Source of the DNA: Catajapyx aquilonaris | Lineage: Eukaryota | NCBI GenBank assembly: GCA_000934665.2 | Contig: KZ538101.1 | Span: 1-64,000 of the forward strand | DNA: 64,000 nucleotides | Direction: 5' to 3' | Shown here: positions 34,214 through 47,411 of the stretch, piece after piece | Numbering within the stretch: the first letter of the stretch is position 1 | Layout of the letters: each line of letters opens with the position of its first letter | Notes under the pieces: generated by a model | Databases searched by the model: none | Told to the model about the DNA's origin: nothing | Seen by the model: only the letters and a program-made list of their open reading frames with translations | Made by a program: the position numbers and the translations under genes

Positions 34214-37200
34214 TAGGTTATTACCCAGTATTTACAAAAACAGAACGCTCAAGTCGCAAACAGGAAAACACGTAAGTTCAATTAACATTACGAGACTGTC
34301 TTGTGGCTGTCTGAATTAATAATAAATCAAGCTGCATGTTTAGAAATGCCGCCTTATCCAATTACAGCAGTGAACCTTCGCTTGTGAACCCCTCCTAGAC
34401 AGGCTTCCACAACAAAATGAAGCAGTCACAATGTTACAACAAGGTATGCCTCGCTGTCGTAAATGGTCAACAAAATAGTTTCAATAATTCAGATCAGCCA
34501 TGGTATAGAACAACGTCGTTACCATCCTAAAATATTTTGTGTCAAAATATTAGCATCGATCAATTTTCAGTACATTTTAAATAAGCTGTTCATACAGGCT
34601 AATGTAGAATTTCTGAACAAAAGTCTGGAAATTGTGGAATTCTAAGATGAGAAATGCTATTTACAGGAATGCGTCCTTTTTTCCTGGCTACAGCCGTCAT
34701 AAGTACTATTTTTTTCTAACCGTTTATAGATCTATATAGATCATTTTTCAAAAACAAACCCAAAAATCCCCACTCATCGTCCATATAACCCAAACTCCGA
34801 AGCAAACTTCCAGCCAAGATTGCACCGTGCATCACAGTTTGCCTCTTTCTCAGGATAAACGCCAAAAACAACAGTGCCAGCAGCCCTTGGCAGCCTATAG
34901 TGACTCCCTTCATCCCAAAAATGACCAACCACATCCAGCAGGAAGACCTGCGCCGGAATCACAACATACTCGTAATAAATGATAACAATAATGGGCCGAA
35001 GTCTAAGCCATGGATTCCAAACATGAGACATCGTTCCAAGCATGGCTAGGAAAGTGCAACTCAATTTCCTCGGCCATCAATCAAAATTACTCCGCTGCCT
35101 GCGAGGCTCGGAAAATATTGGTGCCGCCGCGGAGAGTTAAAGGCTGCAGCAGTCTTCCTTCTCCAACAGCTCAGATATTAAATCTGACTCTGCGGCTTGT
35201 CACTCGCCTCTTGCAAAAGAAAACGAAGCCTTCTGGGCAAAAACCACGGATGGAGAAGAGAGGGAGAGAGAGTGAGAGACTCCGCCATTCATTCAGAATG
35301 AATGCAATCGCATCTGTCGGCTTCATCGAAGTAATTGCTCTGCACACCTCTATTTCCTTTAAAAATCCCAAGCATCCACTTCACAGGTTGATATAACATT
35401 GTTTATTTGTATACAGAAGCAGTTGACTCACAGTGTCAGCGATTAAGATATTTGAGGGGTGTGGTGGAAAAACACCCCTCATTTTACACAACAAGATGCT
35501 GCAACATTGCAGAGTTACAAGGTTCAACAGTTGTTCTTCAAGTGGTTCCCAATGGTCCCATTAGTGGGTTAATCCTAGACACTGCCGCTGCCAGTCTCAC
35601 CCCCAAATGGCAGAAAAAAAGGTGAGAGAGAGAGGGAAGATTTGGCTCCTTGGACGTGGAACTGCGAAAATCGGTATAGAGTCACGTGTATCCGCGATGT
35701 TTGCGCGTTTATTACCCAGGCTGTGGGATTGGAGGCGATTTCCCCGGTCTTCTCAGGGAGGGGAAGAGTTACCGGTACGGATCCGACTGGTGGTGGGAGG
35801 CAGGAAAAACGAGGAGAACCCGCCGGCGAATCAAGCGACAAAGGGATACAAGCCTCCCCCATGGCGGCCATTCAGCCAGAATGAATGCAGTGGCATCTGT
35901 GGGTTTTCTCAGCATTGGTTTCCCCCGCCGCTTGCTCACCACCCTCCCATCCACTACCTCCCTCCTACTGGATTCGCCGTCTTCTTTAGTCCCCCCAAAA
36001 GTCCAAGGTGGCGGGACTCTTCCTTCGAAGGCATCGACAAGGGCGGCCTATTCAATCGGCCCTCCCCAATCCCCCTACCGGGGAATGGCGTGACAGGCTA
36101 ATATCAAAGCAGACGACGGTCTCTCACCTTAGCGCTCGGCGGCGGCGGCGGGCGGCAGCGGCGGCGCTCTCCCCTCCTGCTCACCCGCCTTCCCTCCCCT
36201 GGAAATTGCACGTCGCCCATGACAAATGACGAGCGGCGATGGCCCGGCAGCTGTAATCTTCCCCGCTTAGGCCGCCTCCGAGACCATCTGGAGGGCCTCT
36301 GATGGACTGGCGACTGTCAGCATAGGGCCCCCCAGAGGGGGAAACAGGACCTGAGGAGGATAGGATGGTGAGCTGAGACATTGCCTTGGTTTCCTGCTTC
36401 TGGAAACTAGACTTGGTGGCAAATGGGGGAGACTGGACTCCCTGGCTGCTGACTGGCCCACCGGAACGAACAAAAAAACGAAGACGAAGCTTGGAAGTGT
36501 CCCCCACCCCTCTGAACCAGAACGTAACACCTGTACGTACTGTTGAATGTATAATGTGCATCCCCAGTTTATGTCCTCTCGATATTATGGCACTGAAACG
36601 GGGCTATGAACGGTAATTCAGATTTTCAAGACCCCTTTTCTAGATGAAGGTTGCCTTTTCAGAGTACACCACGGGAAACATGTGGAAACCCCTATCGCAA
36701 TGGAGGTTCCAAGATAACCCACATTTGTCAGCGTCAAGAATCAGTTCAGTCAATGCTTGTCACCCTCCATTCCATGTGAATGACATCTACATGATGGAGT
36801 GCGACTGAACGTTGCACTACGGCATCATCGTTGTACCTTTATTCCTATGTGATGAAACATATTTGCTAGTACAGTACTTTGATATGTTTTGGAGAGGTCA
36901 CATTATTAAACGGGCAAGATAATCATTATTTACTGCAGATGCCCCTAATTGGTTGAGCTCTCACTGTTTAGAGAAGCAATGCAAGAGTTTGTCAAATCAA
37001 ATTGGACAGTCATATACTGTACACAAAGACGAGGGGCGAATTAAGGACAAAAAGTGCAACATCTCATTTATACTCATGGACCACATATTCGACATCAGAG
37101 CTACGTAAGAGAGAGTATAAATTCCAACAGTGGCCCCTTCTCACTCCCACCTAACCATTTCATGCCAAACCTCCATTCCTGTCCCACTTCTGGGTCATGC

Positions 37201-37649
37201 ACTCCAACTTGAAGTGAAATGTCCAGTAGTGGGACAAGTGTCCCAGTGTTCTTGAGCAGTACACTTGAATAAACCTTGCACTCCAAGAAATTGCCTTGCT
37301 TCCATTTGCTGTCCCCTCCATCCCATATTCCTGTCGTTGCGCGCCCTTACGGCGAATGGGACCAAAATGGTCGAGTAGGGAGTCTCTCTATAGGAATTCC
37401 TACAGGTGATGATGACGCTCTTATATCAAACAAATTTATTCCATTGGTAGATGGATCTTACTCAAGATTTACAATATTTTTTGTTCCTCCATTTACTGTC
37501 AAGCGTATGTCTGGGTATGCTGCGTAAGTGAAGATAGGTTGTAATAAAATAGGGAAATATGAGGAAAAACTGGCAGATATGCTGACTGACGAGACTGACA
37601 ATATGCAGGGTTACCAAAAGTCACATTCCATAGGGCCGCAGGTATTGTA

Positions 37650-37915
37650 CAGTACACTAAGTTGCTAAAGGCTTGTTATTTAGTATGTAAAGCCTTCACT
37701 CTAAACCGTTTAACTTTGTAGGCCTACCTGTATCATTACAGGTGATATATGGCTATGTATAGCTTCACAATCCTACTAAGAGTTATTAATATTTTATTCT
37801 CTACCACTTTTAATCCTGCTACATATATAGATCACCTGCAATATATTAACAGTTAACAAGATCTTTGCAGAGTGTTTCAAAGGCTTTACAGGCTTTTAGC
37901 AAGTTAGTGCACCTG
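37650..37915. mobile_element. Old CAG-ended MITE with TA flanks
   Basis: cagtacactaagttgctaaaggcttg vs caggcttttagcaagttagtgcacctg; inner arms tgtaaagcctt / aaggctttaca. Confidence 0.65.
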
Positions 37916-38976
37916 TAGTCGTTTCGTCACATCGAGGTCTATTTACTGTTCACGATGTCTTCCCTATACAGAATCATTTGGAGAATTTTTGATACCAAGT
38001 AGCATAAGCATCAAAATCTGAAAGTTACTTATTCCTACGCAGTACATTTAGTAACCAAGCTCAGGCATCGACATCATTCAACATTATGGGCTGAATGCCA
38101 TCGACGGGCTAGAAGACAAGTTAGACAACACACGTGTAGTTTCAGGGCTGAGCACACAACTAGTGACACTCCTAACACAACAGTAAGCGCTATCACCCTA
38201 CCCTTTCCTCCCCTTCCTTCTCGCCACCCCCTTCAGCAACGCCAGTCTGGAAAAATTTATGCCTCCGTTCCATTCTGTTGCCGCTTTGGCCTCCAGCTCC
38301 TTTGTCCCCTAATGGCCTCGATAACCCGGTAAACTGGGCCCTTCAATGGCAACGCTTTGATAACCTGCAAATGTCGCCTGGCCTCGAGCAGCATTTTTAT
38401 GGAAAAAAAGGTGGAGGAAGGAGTTGGGGAGGAACGGGGAGGTTTTGGGGGTTGTGGGTGGGTATGAGGGACTAGCGCCAGGCGCCATCTTGAGATGCGC
38501 CTGCCCTTCACTTCTCCACTAATTGCTTTCTTTCCAGCACAGAGGACATGGAGTGGTGGAGAAGAGGACCCTTTTGTTCAGCTCGCCTGTCGTTGATGAG
38601 ATCCCCAGGCGAGACCAATTAGTTCCGTCCCCACCCCTCTCTACTACTCACCCTTACCTCCAAACAGGCGACAACTGCACTTTGCCGACATTCCTCCTCA
38701 TATGAAACATGTTCTAAAAAGGACTGCCGGGATACTAGGATTCAGGACATTCATTGCAGACTTTCCTTCCTGGGTATACTTTCAGACGTGATCCGAGCGT
38801 TGACGTCGTGTGGCTGTCAAACTCGCGGATACTTTTGACATAGGATATGTAAGGATGACTTCAAAACGTGCTGGTTTAGTTGTGGTCCATATACGTCGCC
38901 TGGTGTGTGTCCGCAAATTCAGAACAATATATTAATGGCAAACCTCGTGTCAGGCCACTTTTACAGGTATAGCCTG

Positions 38977-39211
38977 CATGATGTTCCAAGTTCGTTTTAT
39001 TTATCCCTAATATCTCTCAAAGCTGTTATTTTTTATAGCTTGTTGCGCCCCTAATCAAGTTGCCCTATTCTATAGCCACTGCTACATTCTACCACCTGAT
39101 AGTAGTCTACTGAGGCAACTTTTGGATCGGGGCACAACAAGCTACAAAAAAATAACACATTTGAGCTATATTAGTGGTAAATAAAACGACCCACGAACTT
39201 GGAATATTTTG
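38977..39211. mobile_element. Family C MITE without the nested insertion (decayed termini)
   Basis: Arms match 26052-26150 and 26390-26475; centre ctgctacattctaccacctg is uninterrupted. Confidence 0.8.
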
Positions 39212-41669
39212 CAGCAGTAAAACATGCCTGTGGCAAGGTCATGCGATAATAAGACAGTGTTCTACAGTACAAATTACAAGCATCCGCAAGGATGGTATAA
39301 TGTGTACACCGTGTGATGAAACAGTGATGGACGTTTCCTAAAGGCTACGATTTTCTTGCACTTTCTGTGTGCGGGGAGAATATTACACATGACATGACGC
39401 GGTATATGTTATGGTCATAAAAGTTATTTTACTCGTGCCAGTTCACGATTTACAGCCAAATATGTGATGGCTACGTCTTAAACGTCACATGGCTGAAAAG
39501 TTGGGTCTGGCCATAAATTTCTACACGCCAAAGCTGAGCCCAAAAGGCGTTTTGCTGCATCATGTTGATTCTATGCTGCGTCAGGCTCAGTTGGTCATCA
39601 TACGATGAGGATGTCATAATTACGACAACACGTATCATGTTCTGAAATGCCTAAACCACAGTAAATGCACGTATACCACTCTTCCGAAGGCTCTTTGTGG
39701 AAAATTAGGCTGTCGCTCTCTTGGACTTCAGAGAAACCTGTTGAACACCTCTTGTCGCCACATCAGGAGTTCTACTCAGGTGATTTACTGCAGATTGCCA
39801 TCGCCACCCATGTTGGTCACGGTATATATAAATCAGTCACTTTTAATGGTTACCGTACTGTTAGTTAGATGCTTGACATTACCGGCCTGATTTGGAACAA
39901 CAAGAATAACAAGAACAACAGGGAGTGTATAAAATCCGCTGCAGATACTCACATACATCCTCACCTCACACTTATTTATTATATGCTTTGATGGGTACAA
40001 AATACTGTATATTTCCAACTATCGACTATGTCCCAGGTCACTATGCGGCGTATAATAAAGTTAGGAGAGGACACTACAGAGCAGGCTATTAGTAAAGGTG
40101 TGACTAAATAAATTTGTGTATATCAACTTGACCTCTCCTGGTGTACGTTTCTCGTACTTCATAAGATAATATTTAGACGAATAAAATTGCCCTTCTTGAT
40201 AATAGGTTATGCCAGCAGTAACTAAAAACATTTGTAACTTCATCTAAAAGGAATTCTTGCTCCAGCCATTTCAACGACTTATACATATTAAATGCATTTT
40301 CAGTAGGCCTACTGCAGTACCCTCTTTTATATTCTTCAGTAATGTTGAGTGGAAACCGACCTCCGCCCTTCTCCATCCAAGAAGCATTAGCAAAAGTTGA
40401 CTCGAATCAATAGACAACTCTATCGAAACTCCACTAACAACGTCTCTCTTCATTCTTTTGCAACAACTTCTTGAAAAAAAAATCGTGGCTCTTGTTACAA
40501 GACAAATTTTTGACCTCAATCCTACAGCATGATTCTTAAATTTGTGGCTCGGAACATTTCTCATCATTTGATTCTCTATTCTCGGCCTGTTCATTCACCT
40601 CCTGAGTTCGTTCTTTCCTTCAGCCTATCTAGACATTTCTTTTTAGCTCACATTAAGCACGGTTCTGGGTGTGCAATGACCAATGAGATACCGTACATTG
40701 CTTGTATACATTTAATAAAGGGCAGTTTCTCAGCCTGACACGTGGTTGTTTTGATGTTTACAAAAATAAATACCGTTGAAATCATTCTAATGAATATTCT
40801 AGGATCCACATGTGCACATGTTCAACACCTATACTACAATCATGTAGCATAGGTGTTGAGCCGCACACTGTGTTGTTATTAGCATTAGCAACAGTCCTAT
40901 TAATTAATAGTTACAGTCTATAATATTAAAAAATTTAAAATTGAAGTACTTGATTTAATTGTGGGTTCAAGCCGGATCCCTAGCTTGATTCGATTATTAT
41001 CTTTTTTACCTGCGCCTTTCACCTGACATCTTGTTCTGGAAAGATTATATTTTCATTGTTGTTTGTTCAGCATAAACAGAAAATACCTAAAAAAGAACGA
41101 AATGAGACACTCTTTTTACACAAATAAATTGGCAGGAACTCATTTTAGTATGTTGAAACAACCTCTCAGTTGAAATCCTTATTACTGTATATATTTCGGA
41201 AGATACTACGGTAAGTATTCGAATCAATTAGCTCCCTGCATATGTTATGCAACTCAGGTTATTGGAATACTAGGCAAAAGAGTTATCTATTCTTGCCAAT
41301 CTCTTTAGGATATATCTACACTGAAAGCTCAATGTACTCTACAAAAATATCTAACAGGTGTATGAAATTATTTTAGATAAGGCTAATTTGTATTTTAAAA
41401 ATTTTCATAAATGTAAGGTTAGCTGAGTGAATAATTTATTATTATTCAACGAGAGTGTGCAGGCCAGCACTTGATAATACATGCTTATAAATATATGCTA
41501 CGTGGTTTTTTATGAAGAATAATATTGAACGAAGGGGTATCATTGATGCTACACTGAATATAACATAATTATATAATATACGGTTATTGCCGACGTTGGC
41601 TAAAACTTTCTTCAGAATCATACACTTCAATAGATAAACTCTAAATGCGTAATTAAGAAATCAAGGGAC

Positions 41670-41870
41670 AAACTATGTCGCACTGCCATCATATCACCAC
41701 AATTCCCATTCCAGTCTCCTCTCCCCTGAGCCATCACCTCCGTTCTCCATTTTGATTCTACACCACCACCCATTGAGGACCCTTCATTTACCTAACCTCG
41801 TACGGTTCTAGACGAGACTCGAACCCACATTTCCCGATCCTGAATCCGACACCTGTCCTATAGCTGCTAA
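41670..41870 (-). mobile_element. Degenerate tRNA-derived SINE-like sequence
   Basis: B box GGTTCGAGTC at ~41817-41826 with a weak A-box region upstream; boundaries approximate, no TSD found. Confidence 0.35.
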
Positions 41871-42096
41871 CGTTGCTGAACGTTTTAAATGTCCAGACCT
41901 CGCCCTCGTCGTGCATTCTATAAATTCGTTGGTCTCCATAATTTGAATAATTCACTATGGGCGACACTGTAAATACACTATAAGCGAAAAATTCTTGAAT
42001 CACTGCAATGATGCATGTTGCAAGTATGTATTTATTTGCGATATGAATATATTTATTAATTTCTAATGTTCATGAGGAGGCAAAATTTAAACTTTA

Positions 42097-42311
42097 AGGT
42101 GACGTGGGGGAAGTGCATACACGGGGTAAGTGCATATATTGTGCCGCCATATTGGAATGAAAATGGCTGACGACACCAAAACGCGGGGGATGTTATGTGC
42201 AGCTACACAAAAGAGTGCCTGACAGGTTTTGGTGTCGTCAGCCATTTTCATTCCAATATGGCGGCACAATATATGCACTTACCCCGTGTATGCACTTCCC
42301 CCACTTCACCT
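42097..42311. mobile_element. Young MITE with ~86-bp near-perfect TIRs
   Basis: TA-aggtgacgtgggggaagtgcatac...gtatgcacttcccccacttcacct-TA; one mismatch seen between arms. Confidence 0.9.
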
Positions 42312-43227
42312 TACCTCTCTCCACAATTTTCTTGGAATCAGACAGGTGCATTAAATGTTTAAATGTACCGATATATAGGATATATCCTGTTTAAAAAATA
42401 ATTAACCTTACATTCGCAACGATGAAAATGTCGAGAACGTTCCTGCGTCATGTTGGTACTCCTGAGCACACCAATTACAGTGTATACTGTATACCTAGGT
42501 ATAGTGAGTTAGTGACCGAAGTTTTAAACGTCAGTAGACTTAACTCACGTCCAAAAAACTTCCTCCTGTTTGCACGATTTCAAGAAATTTTCCAATTTTA
42601 TGATCACTAGATGTTAAATATTTCCACTTACTGTATGTTTGGCTAATAATTATTTTTTTTTCAAAATTCCTTAGCCTGTTCCTATTCATCAGCTTTTCGA
42701 TTCACCCCTGATGATACCTTCTTGACTACTCTCATCAACATGTACCCTATTCGGTGCATTCGTAGTATTTATGGATTCGATTTATGTCATCTCGTCACCT
42801 GAGACCACCCGTCGCATCGGCCCCTTTCCTGCACGTATTCATATTGCCTGCACTTTACACGGTACTGGATATCCTCAACAGTTGGCGACGTTGGCAATAA
42901 AGTTGGACCATTTCAAGATAAATGCCCCCATTTCAAAACTAAAATTCTTATGCTATACTTTCTTCGTCATTCTTTTTTACGGAACGTGACGGTTAGCCCA
43001 AGACCTTGTCCTATACTAATAAAATTAGTAGCCACTGAAACTTTTAAACATAAAAGGAAAATACTATAGGAGTATAGGGGATGGAGAATGTCAGATAAGT
43101 TATTGATTGTTCACTCCAGCAATAAGTTTAATTCACGTCTTAATTTAATTGATGCTCAGCTTATGGATTTTGAAAGTTGGAAGAAATGGGAGAAGCACGA
43201 GAAAATCCACCCGAGAACAGAGAGAAC

Positions 43228-43385
43228 CAAGGGGGTAACCACTTCGGAACTCAGGTGTACACCTGCGAGTGGTACTCCTTGGTAGCCCCAGGTACTCCTT
43301 AGGTACCTTACTCTTTGGTACTCCTTGGTACTCCTTGAATTTGGTACTCCAGCGTACACTTTACAGTCGAATGGTTAACCCCTTG
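43228..43385. mobile_element. Short CAAGG-TIR MITE with 8-bp TSD (P- or hAT-type, copy 2)
   Basis: caagggggtaacca...tggttaaccccttg flanked by direct repeat gagagaac (43220-43227, 43386-43393); internal ggtactcctt tandem units. Confidence 0.85.
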
Positions 43386-44044
43386 GAGAGAACACATCGA
43401 AACTCTTTCCACATGAGATTCATCTGCCTGACGCGACAGTATCTATACCAAGTCAAAAATTATTGCTTAGATTCGTAAATTTTGGGAGTCAGAATATCAG
43501 GGACCGAAGATGGTTAGGTGCTTACAGTACGGGTACCAGAGTTCACTGAAAAGCTAAAGAATATCTACTATGTATCACTGTATCCTATTGACATCAATTT
43601 TTGTGTAGCGCAGCATTTTAGGTTGTACCATTATCCTTCCATATTGACTTTATATAGCTTAAGTTAATAAGTGTGATAGCGATCATCAGTCGCGAACAAG
43701 GAATTTTTTTAAGATAGCAAGATTTGCGATTAGGTTCCATATACTGTAGAGTGTAGAGTATAGTTTTTTATTGCGCGAAGGAAATTACACGGGTGGGGGA
43801 AGCGATATGCAGTAATTATGTGCTATTAGGGAAATGTGATTCAGAAACGATCCAGAGAGCTGCTTTCCGTATTTTTTAAGCGCCTCTCACTAGGTTTGCA
43901 GGTGACTTGACTTACCCGGAGCTGATTTTTTAAATTCTGAGAGACAAGAGAGTTCACCTTTTCTAGAAACCGTATCATATTCTCTCTGACCAAGTCCGAC
44001 AGTTCACAATCTGGTGTCCATAACTGAGTAGTCAGTTATTCTGT

Positions 44045-44397
44045 GGGAAGGGAGGCGGAGTGGTGCTGCGGAAACGTATGCGCCCACGGATGTTAAGGTC
44101 CCGGGTTCGATCCCAGCCCGGGGACACCCCCTTCATCTCGTGCAGAGTTCATTGGGTCACCTCTGGCTTCGTCTCGGGTGGTATTTCCTACAGACTAAAC
44201 CACCCGGGAGAGTTCACTAAAAATGGCCACATAAAGACATTGCACTGCACCTTGCACATCCCCTCCTGTCATCCTGCCCGTGGGCCCGGGCGCTACGTAT
44301 AAAGGCTCCAAATGTACTTGACATAATAAATAAAGGTCCGTGCTGCATACCTCAGATGAGGTCAAGCACTACCCCGGATTATTATTATTATATATTA
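44045..44397 (+). mobile_element. Full-length tRNA-derived SINE, family D
   Basis: A-box-like aggcggagtgg, B box GGTTCGATCC, (ATT)n tail, 16-bp TSD tagtcagttattctgt (44029-44044, 44398-44413). Confidence 0.92.
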
Positions 44398-47055
44398 TAG
44401 TCAGTTATTCTGTTCTTTAATAAAGACTAAAAAAAGTAAATACCGGTACTGTATAACATACAGATATTACATAGTAATTTGCTGTGACCCAGCATTCTTG
44501 AGCTTGTGTTCAGTTGACTTGAACCTATTTGCCATATAAGCACAATCCGACATATATTCAGATATTTCATCATTATTTCAAATTGATGCAACCGGCCCTA
44601 AGCCTAAACTTTAATTAAATTTACTTATGTGCATTACTTTTTCTCATTGTAATACCTCATTTGAAGTGGTGCCACATTGTGCAACCAGTAGGCTATCGAT
44701 TTTATCAAAAATGTAGACTGTGTTAGTGAATATTTCACATCTATAAAATGGGACATCATCTACGTTCTTATAGAAATTTAAATTTAAATTCTAGAAGCTT
44801 CCCATCGCCTGTCTATAGTCACATGAAAAGCACACAAATTGCAAATTCGTGACATTCAATCTCACAGTCAGATTTAACATGACTTTGTCTTTATGGCTGA
44901 GCATGATTTCTTTCTCCTTTTGCTTGGTTTATTGCGGTCTGGCGAGTCCTTTTTCAATCATATTTTAATAGCAAGTGCCTGAGACTTCCAGGATGGTACT
45001 CAAGGCAAAATGGGATGGGAGAAAAATTCAGAGAAAATGCTCCACCATTATAAGGAGCCAAAGCTAAAGTATATAGAGCAGTGTGGTCATGCGGCTATTT
45101 ATTTCAGCCTGACTTGTAAATGATCAGATAGTAGCTACGTAGAATAAACTATGTATTACAAAATATCATGGGTGATTCTCATGACCAGTTTCATCCACTT
45201 TGTCGACATATGTGCTGCACGGAAACATTTATGATTTGATACCTATTAATTATTCCATTCATGCATTTTTGTTTGTTTGTGATGGGGTGCGAGTTCAAAG
45301 GAGTGCATCAGACTCTTTTGCAGGTACTGTACCTATAAAGTGTCAAAAAAGTATATCAACAATTTAGAAATATTCCTGTGTAGTGAAGGTGCATTTATGA
45401 CACAGTAGGCTAAGAGCCATATTATAGACCCAGTGTCTATAATTAGGCCTGTTGCACATGATTGTTTAATTAAGAAAAATATGAATGTTAAAATGATTTC
45501 CTATAACCTTGTTGAAGGGAAAGGTTTTAACTTCCAGATCATAAAGTAATCCTGGTAAGTTTGAGTAACATGTAATCGCAGCAAAGGTTTGTTCCTTGCT
45601 GTGTGACCTTATTTTGGTCCCTGATTACGCATGATTAACGATAGGTATTATGTTATTCCCATTCGCAACGTAAGGAAACTTGTGTTTTTTGGTCATGTTT
45701 GCTGAAAACTTTACCAAAAATGACTCTGATAGCGTGTTTTTATAGAGTAAGTCTATAGCGCTCATAAAAATAGGGCCTAGCAAGCGAAGCAAGCAATCCG
45801 ACTCCAAGCCCAGGGTCAGCATTAAATAATAAAATACAATTCGGAACGGCGCAGGTTGCTATAGGAATGCATGCATAAATCTCCGATATTGAAGTACGGC
45901 CTCATACAGCGATTGCCTGCAGTACTTAGACTTCCTAATAATTTTATTTTTCCTTTCATTTACGGTTGGCTCTCAAAATTACAATAAGTCAAAAACATAT
46001 GTACTGTAGTATTTATGGTTCGCTAATCACTGTGTGTCTCAATTTGTTAAAAATGTGCTAAAATGTGTCACTGGATTACCCAATCATCTTCGAGAGCTCA
46101 CAGTCTATTGACTTTTCGAGCCTTTGATGCTGGCAGTTCTTACCCCAGTTTTGTACCTTTATGTGGAAAATTATATTTCCTGAACGGTGGCATTTCAGCT
46201 GGTGAGGGATATTGAGGACGGTCATACTAAACTGTGCTAGAATGAAAGGGTTTTCCTCTCTTCCATATGGGTTATCCTAATGACTGACAAAAAGTCGAGT
46301 TATACTCCATTACAATGGTAGTATTCGCCTGCCTACATCATTCTCCATGTTATAGGGCAGAATGATTTCCAAACAGGCAAGATGAAATGATTAAAAAACT
46401 AGCACCACACGTGTGCAGTGTCAAAAACAATAAAAACACTATTAAAAGACGCAGTACTAAATCAAAACCGATTCTGTCCACTTAATTTGAGTTGAATATC
46501 GCTGCATTCCATTTGAGTAACGGTTATACTTTATAGTCTGTGCAAGTTTTGTCCTGAGAATAATTTATGGGTATGTGCTACTTGTATATTACTTCCTGAT
46601 AGACACAGTGTATAGCACAGCAGTCCCATTAGCCAATTCAATTTGCTTCATTTCCTTGAGAAACATGACTTCCCACGCTGTAAATCAAATCCGGAAGTTC
46701 TCCCCCACAACCACTCTGGAACATCCATCAGGTCCTCTTTGTTGATGGAGAAACGTCCTTTTTCACAGGACAGCGGAAGTAGAAGTCACTTATGATGTTA
46801 TGAAAACCCACATTCGCAAATGACAGTGTAGACAGCACAATCATTGTTGACAGGCATGTTGTCTCAAATAATCATACGCCACAAAATATTTCGATTTTAT
46901 CCGGTTAAAGCCAAAACAATCGCTACCTCTCCTAAATCCATGTGTCATTTTTTTGTCAACGAGGGCCATACTGTACGTTCGAAAATATGGCACATTTAAT
47001 CGCGTCTTGTCACGATCAAATCAAAAAATTCTGAAGCCCCAATCGCATCCATTAA

Positions 47056-47411
47056 CCTAAATATGCCTGAATTATTTTTGTGTTAATTTTGGGAGTTCCA
47101 TTTCACCTGCGTCGCGTCGGGAGGGTTTCTGACCTGCACCGTGGAGGTGTCTGGCAACCTAACCTCCTGGTGGACTGATGCACATGGCCCATTATTGAGA
47201 TATTGCACCTGCACCCGTGTCCCCTCCCCGAAAATCCCTATCCTTACCCTACGTCCTTGATTCCTTGCACCGGAGAGTGAAATTAATTCAGAAAAATGGA
47301 GCGAAATGGTGGTACTCCACCCCCATGAAAGGGCCCACGGCCTACGGGGTAAAACAGCTAATACAATAACTAAAATTTGTCCTTTATATAGGACGCTATG
47401 CTTATCTTGGG
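47056..47411. mobile_element. Possible degenerate piggyBac-like MITE
   Basis: TTAA-cctaaatatgcct at left; tgtcctttatataggacgctatgcttatcttggg at right, with a similar end at 25194-25226. Confidence 0.3.

Noticed and set aside
40061..40650. Overlapping minus-strand ORFs suggesting a decayed transposon gene
   Set aside because: No motif I can recognise; needs BLASTX.
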